Positions 18,664-23,062 of a stretch of DNA of 23,062 bases are shown here, piece by piece. Position 1 is the stretch's first letter; each line of letters starts with the position of its first letter. The notes beneath the pieces are model-generated. The model made no database searches. It saw only the letters and a program-made list of their open reading frames with translations, and was not told where the DNA came from. The translations under genes were made by a program, and so were the position numbers. The DNA lies in the NCBI GenBank assembly GCA_031362565.1, contig JANLSU010000100.1:1-23062 (forward strand), given 5' to 3'. This DNA comes from a bacterium (GTDB lineage: Bacteria > Krumholzibacteriota > Krumholzibacteriia > G020349025).

Positions 18664-19259
18664 CGAGCAGCTTGGAGCCTCCCATGGGCCCGATCCAGTT
18701 CATGCGGTGCCTTGCATGTTCGGTGGCGGTTGCTTTGGCGTCCGTCCTGTCGTCTGCACGGGTCGAAGCGCAGGTCCCGGCGCCAGCGTCACCGGAGCGA
18801 TCGAGCAGCTATCTCGGCACCATGATGTTGACGGACGTGGCGGTGATCGGAGTCACGAGTGCCGTCCTCGCCGCCTCAGTGACCGGCGCCGGAAACGGCT
18901 TGGTAGTCGCAGCGGCCGGGGCCGTCGGGTTGATTGCTTTTGTGGGCACAGGGGCGGTTGTGCACGCCTCGCACGGCAACCATCGGCAGGTCTGGCGGAG
19001 CCTGACCCGTCGTTCGTTGTTGCCGCTGGGCGCCGGGCTCGGTGCTGGGCTGGTCGCGAATTCCAGGGGGTGTTCAGGCGAGGACTGCGACCTCGGGACG
19101 GCAGGTTACGCCGCTATCGGTGTGGGCGCCGGCATGCTGGTCGCGGTGGCGTGGGATTGGTCCGTGGCCCACCTGGATTCGAGGTTCGCGACCGCACTGG
19201 TACCGTTCAGCGCCACCGACCGCGAGCGTGTGGTGTTCGGTCTCGTCGGGCGGTTCTGA
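18660..19259 (+). CDS. Hypothetical secreted/membrane protein with Gly/Ala-rich hydrophobic helices
   Basis: GTGA overlap with the upstream stop; signal-like segment; GAVVHASHGN; CxxxxC loop; C-terminal VFGLVGRF. Confidence 0.65.
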   Translation: MTSSLEPPMGPIQFMRCLACSVAVALASVLSSARVEAQVPAPASPERSSSYLGTMMLTDVAVIGVTSAVLAASVTGAGNGLVVAAAGAVGLIAFVGTGAVVHASHGNHRQVWRSLTRRSLLPLGAGLGAGLVANSRGCSGEDCDLGTAGYAAIGVGAGMLVAVAWDWSVAHLDSRFATALVPFSATDRERVVFGLVGRF

Positions 19260-19545
19260 GTGGCCGAGGCGCCGGACCAATCACTGGACTGACGTCGCAC
19301 GTTGACGCGTGCCACCGGGGAACCGAACGTCCGTTCGGTGGGTCCGGCCGGCGGTACGCTCCCGCGCTTCGCCCAGTACGGCGCGCGCCGCCTGGACCGG
19401 GCCCCGTCGATGCAGTCCTTTTTGCGCTGCGGCCACTCGCTGCAGTGTTTCCTCAGGACACACCCCCGTTCCGTACCCGGCCCGGGGCAATTCTCTAAGC
19501 CACATTGTTGCAACTGCTTGTGCTGTGACCGCTGGTTGCAGCAAA

Positions 19546-19561
19546 CGGCATGTTGTTCGCA
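19546..19561 (+). promoter_or_regulatory. Candidate sigma-54 (-24/-12) promoter
   Basis: CGGCATGTTGTTCGCA: GG at 19547-19548 and GC at 19559-19560 with exactly 10 nt between; AT-rich tract upstream. Confidence 0.45.
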
Positions 19562-19670
19562 ATGCATCTCCACTGATGGCGCCCCGCAACAGCTGCGGCC
19601 GCCCGGGGGAGAACCGCCGCGAGGTCCTACCGGTCGGATTCGAGCCCGGCATTGGAGGAGGTGGGTGACG

Positions 19671-20537
19671 ATGACAGCGACAACACCCCGAATGGCGGAG
19701 CGGGCTGCGTTTCCTGGTGACCTGGCGACACTGGCCCTGTACCAACGTGAAATCCAGCGCATTCCGGTTCTGTCTGCGAGCGACGAGCGGGCGCTCGGTG
19801 CGCGCGCGCAATGCGGCGACCGCACCGCGATCGATGCTCTCGTCCGGCACAACCTGCGCTTCGTGGTGATGGTCGCACGACGCTACACGCGCCATGGTAT
19901 TCCTCTCGAAGATCTGATTGATGAGGGGAACCTTGGCCTCATTCGTGCAGCGCAGCGCTTCGATCCGACGCGCGGCTTCCGGTTCGTGTCTTACGCCGTG
20001 TGGTGGATCCGCCAGTCCATTCTGCAGTGCCTGAGTGACAAGTCACGCATCGTGCGCTTGCCGGTGAGTCAGGTCCAACGGTTGTCGCGCCTCTCGCAGG
20101 CGAGCGATCGGTTGACCCAGGCCCTGGGACGCGATCCGACGGCGGACGAGCTGGGCAAGCGCCTGTGCATCGCCGCCGAGAAAGTCGATTGGCTGCGGAC
20201 GCTGCCGACGTTGGCGTTCTCGCTGGACGAACCGCGTGAAGGCGAGGAGACGGACTTCGAAATGGACACGCTCCAGGACCCGCGTGCGAGCAACCTCGAG
20301 GCTGCGGTGGCCGACAAGATCCGCGACGAGATGTTGGGGCGTTGCCTCGATCAGCTCGATGCACGCACTGCCGACGTCGTGCGCCGCTACTACGGCCTTG
20401 GCGGCACCATTCCGGAATCCCTCGAGGCGATTGGCAAGACCTACGGCATCACCCGCGAACGGGTTCGCCAGTTGCGGGACCGGGGCATTCACAAGCTGCG
20501 GACGGCGCCGGAGTGCGCGATGCTCGCTGAAGCGTGA
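19671..20537 (+). CDS. RNA polymerase sigma-70 factor, RpoD/RpoS-like without region 1.1
   Basis: GGAGGAGG RBS. Region 1.2 LYQREIQRIPVLS; region 2 HNLRFVVMVARRY and DLIDEGNLGLIRAAQRFDPTRGFRFVSYAVWWIRQSI; region 4 SLEAIGKTYGITRERVRQL. The ORF-track extension to 19302 is spurious. Confidence 0.93.
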   Translation: MTATTPRMAERAAFPGDLATLALYQREIQRIPVLSASDERALGARAQCGDRTAIDALVRHNLRFVVMVARRYTRHGIPLEDLIDEGNLGLIRAAQRFDPTRGFRFVSYAVWWIRQSILQCLSDKSRIVRLPVSQVQRLSRLSQASDRLTQALGRDPTADELGKRLCIAAEKVDWLRTLPTLAFSLDEPREGEETDFEMDTLQDPRASNLEAAVADKIRDEMLGRCLDQLDARTADVVRRYYGLGGTIPESLEAIGKTYGITRERVRQLRDRGIHKLRTAPECAMLAEA

Positions 20538-20585
20538 GAGCCGCGAGCTGCCGCCGCTTCGATCCCTCCGGAGCAAGTTGCGCAA

Positions 20586-20616
20586 CGGCCCGGGAGTCGA
20601 CTCTCGGGCCGCTTTG
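20586..20616. terminator. Intrinsic terminator-like hairpin between convergent genes
   Basis: CGGCCCGGGAG-tcga-CTCTCGGGCCG followed by CTTT. Confidence 0.6.
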
Positions 20617-20617
20617 G

Positions 20618-21520
20618 TCAAAAATTGTCGAGCAACCAGACGCTTTCGCTGCCGGTGTTACTGGTGAACGCCACGTGCTGGCCGTCGGGAGACACGGCGG
20701 CGCTGTACATCCACATTTGAGCGGGAAGTTGCGGCGTCGACTTTCCGTCGAGATCGATCTTGCGGAGGTTCCATTCGACACCACGGTGCTGGTCGATCAC
20801 GAGCCAGCCGCGGCCGTCCGCCGTCCAGGTGATGTTCAGGATGTTCATCGGTCGATCGAGACGCACTTCGTGCACCGCGCCTCCCGGCAGCGAGATGACG
20901 CGGAGGCGTGGCAGTCGCGTGCCTTGCACCGCGCCGTGGGGTGGGTCCGAGCCAAGTGCCGCGCCCGGCGTGTCCACGTAAAGAATCCGGGCCCCATCCG
21001 GCGTGACGAGTGGGCCGCCTTGATTGCCAGGACCCATGACGAGCGGTTCGGCCTCCGGCGCGCCGATCGCTTGCTTGAAGACATCGGCGGTGCCGTTGCG
21101 GTTCGATGCGAAGAGAATCGACTTGCCATCGGGCAGCCAGCACGGGCCCACATCGAAGCGATCGTCGAGGGTCAGCCGGGTGACATTCTGCAACAACGAA
21201 TCGCCGCCCGCGATTCTCCCGGTGTAGCAGTCGCTTTGATAGGACGCGACCACGACCGTGAGGTGCTTGCCGTCTGCAGAAACGCCGGTCGGCGCGACGA
21301 ACTGCACGCCTTGCCACTGCGTGATGCGGCGCGGCGTGCCGGACGGGGCGCCCGAGCGCGGGTCGACGCGCAGCGACCAGAGGTTCAGCTCTCCCTGACT
21401 CGGCGGTGGATCCGAAAGACCGAACACCAATCGGCCGTCTGCGAGCCAAATCGGGCGGGTCGAGGCGTGCAACGCTTGCTCGGGCGTTTCCTCGAAGGCG
21501 AGACGGCGATGTCCGTCGAG
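20618..21520 (-). pseudogene. 5'-truncated TolB-like (PD40) beta-propeller, resembling the C-terminal part of kinase- or wHTH-TolB fusions
   Basis: PIWLADGRLVF, NLWSLRVDPRSGAPSGTPRRIT, PCWLPDGKSILFASNRNG, AAVSPDGQHVAF, SVWLLDNF. No credible start, RBS or signal peptide; 5' boundary approximate. Confidence 0.65.
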
Positions 21521-21730
21521 TCCCAGGATTCGATGATGAACAGCCGCAGCGAGACTTCGAGCGAGTCGTGGGCCGGGATGTCCTGAAGGCTCAAACGGAT
21601 TGCAGCGGGTTGCTGGTGCGCCCGGCAGCATCCGGAGCCGGCCGGCCCGCACCGGGAGGCAACCCGGGAGTTTGGCGCATAAGACGGACGCGGTAAACTT
21701 CCAGACGTTTCCGTAAGTAGCACCGAATCA

Positions 21731-21758
21731 AGAACTTCGCACATAACTGCGAGGTTCT
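21731..21758. promoter_or_regulatory. Inverted repeat, candidate repressor operator ahead of the phage-like ORF string
   Basis: AGAACTTCGCA-N6-TGCGAGGTTCT (10/11 match) in an AT-rich patch. Confidence 0.45.
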
Positions 21759-21761
21759 ACT

Positions 21762-22100
21762 GTGATTATTCAGACCCCCACCTCCCCACCGGAAACCCAC
21801 GCCGCGCACTGCATGTGCGAGGTCTGTTTCGCGCCAATCCATCGCCGCGCCGCGGCTCTGCTCGAGGTGCCCTCGCAGTCACTTCCGGGCGGACCGCGGC
21901 GCGCATCCCTGTGTGTCCAGGTCGAGCACCACGGCGACAAGTGCCAGTGCAGCAAGTGCTGCGAACCAGCGCGGTGCGCGCGCTGTCGCCGGCGTCTCCC
22001 CGTGAAGTTTTTGTCTGTCCGATTGGGGCTCCTCGAGTGGGCCTTCTGCTCCGTCCGTTGTGTTCCAAGCCAGGAGGAAGTCGATGCGATTCATTCGTGA
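21762..22100 (+). CDS. Small Cys/His-rich putative zinc-binding protein
   Basis: HAAHCMCEVC, HHGDKCQCSKC and CARC...FCSVRC motifs; start uncertain. Confidence 0.5.
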   Translation: MIIQTPTSPPETHAAHCMCEVCFAPIHRRAAALLEVPSQSLPGGPRRASLCVQVEHHGDKCQCSKCCEPARCARCRRRLPVKFLSVRLGLLEWAFCSVRCVPSQEEVDAIHS

Positions 22101-22614
22101 ATGTTGGAAGGCCCTCGCTCTGGGCGCCGTCGTCGCGTGCTTCGGCATGTTCGAACCGGCGACCGCGAATCAGGCGACGATCGACATCGCCGGTTCGACC
22201 GTCTCCGTCTCGAGCGACTGCGACAGCATCATCTACGTGCAGCTCGCGTTCACGAACGGCGCCAACGTGCAAGGCGTGACGCTCGGCAGCGCGGCATCGG
22301 CCGCCGGCTGGAGTCTCGAGACGAACGCCAGCGGCCCCGATGGCACCTACATCGCGCAAGGCGCGGGCCTGCACCCGATCGCCGGCGGCGCCGTCTTCGA
22401 AGTCGACGGCTGCTCGTTCGACGTCCACGAGGGCAGCTTCGGCGGTCTCGCGTATTCGGAAGTGCTGACCCAGTGCTTCGATCAGACGGACGGCTTCACC
22501 TACAGCGGCGCCGGCCCCGAGCAGTGTGACACCGGCGGCGGTGGCGGCACCAAGCCGGCGACCGATCCGGTCGAGCCGGTCACGTGGTCGCGGGTGCGCG
22601 GGCTCTACCGATGA
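22084..22614 (+). CDS. Secreted hypothetical protein with C-terminal PVEPVTWSRVRGLYR tail
   Basis: AGGAGG RBS, ATG 22084, signal peptide, beta-rich body, Gly linker, terminal motif shared with the 5563-6527 protein. Confidence 0.8.
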   Translation: MRFIRECWKALALGAVVACFGMFEPATANQATIDIAGSTVSVSSDCDSIIYVQLAFTNGANVQGVTLGSAASAAGWSLETNASGPDGTYIAQGAGLHPIAGGAVFEVDGCSFDVHEGSFGGLAYSEVLTQCFDQTDGFTYSGAGPEQCDTGGGGGTKPATDPVEPVTWSRVRGLYR

Positions 22615-22787
22615 ACCAGGGGACAATCTCCTTGCGCGTCGAGTCGCCGGACGTGGACTCGCAACGCTTCGGGCTCGAGCTCACCGACCTGATTCAGAAG
22701 TGGAAGGCCGCCGACGACAAGGGCCGTCGCAAGCTCATGCGTGCGCTGGCCGCAGTCAACCGAGTCGACTACTCGGGGGCCAAGTGA
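22611..22787 (+). CDS. Small hypothetical protein (58 aa)
   Basis: ATGA overlap upstream and GTGA overlap downstream. Confidence 0.65.
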   Translation: MNQGTISLRVESPDVDSQRFGLELTDLIQKWKAADDKGRRKLMRALAAVNRVDYSGAK

Positions 22788-23014
22788 TCCACGCGCTTCT
22801 GATGATCATCGCCGGGCTCGCGTCGCTGACGCTGTACTTCGCGTTCCGGCGGGATCGCGACACGAGCCCGGCGGTGATCACCGATCGCCTGGTGACTGTC
22901 ATTGACCGCGACGGAACGCTCTACATCCGCGCCCGCTATTCGGTTCTTTGTGGCCTCCATGACTTCGAATCGATGAATCGCGACCAGTTGGTAATCCGCA
23001 TGGGTGCGCTGTGA
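22784..23014 (+). CDS. Small hypothetical protein with N-terminal TM helix (76 aa)
   Basis: MIHALLMIIAGLASLTLYFAFRRDR; GTGA overlaps on both sides. Confidence 0.65.
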   Translation: MIHALLMIIAGLASLTLYFAFRRDRDTSPAVITDRLVTVIDRDGTLYIRARYSVLCGLHDFESMNRDQLVIRMGAL

Positions 23015-23062
23015 AGCGCGCGCAGCACAAGTGGGCGCCGAAGGAGGCGATCCTCGGCCGCG
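23011..23062 (+). CDS. Hypothetical protein, 5' fragment at window edge
   Basis: GTGA overlap; MKRAQHKWAPKEAILGR, open to the end of the window. Confidence 0.4.
   Translation, partial: MKRAQHKWAPKEAILGR

Larger units (their letters stand above)
21700..23062 (+). mobile_element. Possible left edge of a prophage or integrative element
   Basis: String of short, translationally coupled unknown ORFs, an operator-like inverted repeat, and a truncated host-type gene next to it. No hallmark gene is visible. Confidence 0.35.

Noticed and set aside
19302..19670. Cys-rich N-terminal extension of the sigma factor
   Set aside because: Translation of the regulatory region; a strong GGAGGAGG RBS marks the start at ~19671.
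21640..21720. Possible c-di-GMP-I riboswitch
   Set aside because: Only scattered GGAAAC/GCCAAA words; the required P1/P2 architecture could not be built.
1..23062. CRISPR array, tRNA, rRNA, transposase or integrase
   Set aside because: No regularly spaced repeats, cloverleafs, rRNA motifs or recombinase signatures were seen by eye.

Overview
GC-rich bacterial genomic window. An FCB-superphylum origin (Latescibacterota/Eisenbacteria/Krumholzibacteriota-like) is inferred from a T9SS/FlgD-type C-terminal remnant and two secreted proteins ending in 'TWSx[LV][KR]xLYR'. From left to right: a partial CHASE3/multi-PAS sensor gene, a DUF1801 protein, a SAM methyltransferase, an LRR/receptor-L lipoprotein, a frameshifted TolB-like propeller, a gluzincin/TPR protein, a higBA module with a frameshifted toxin, two paralogous GT-C-like membrane proteins flanking pckG, a putative outer-membrane barrel plus YncE-like propeller, and a ~1.15-kb gap with no credible gene. 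After the gap come a YfgM-like TPR/DUF4870/membrane-protein operon, a group 2-like sigma-70 factor with a candidate sigma-54 promoter, a 5'-truncated TolB-like gene, and the start of a phage-like string of small overlapping ORFs. The most striking unexplained signal is the gap (~16445-17365). It is filled with nested long helices and a 10-11 bp long-range pairing, consistent with a ~900-nt structured non-coding RNA that I cannot assign to a known family by eye. All family assignments come from motif recognition, not database searches.
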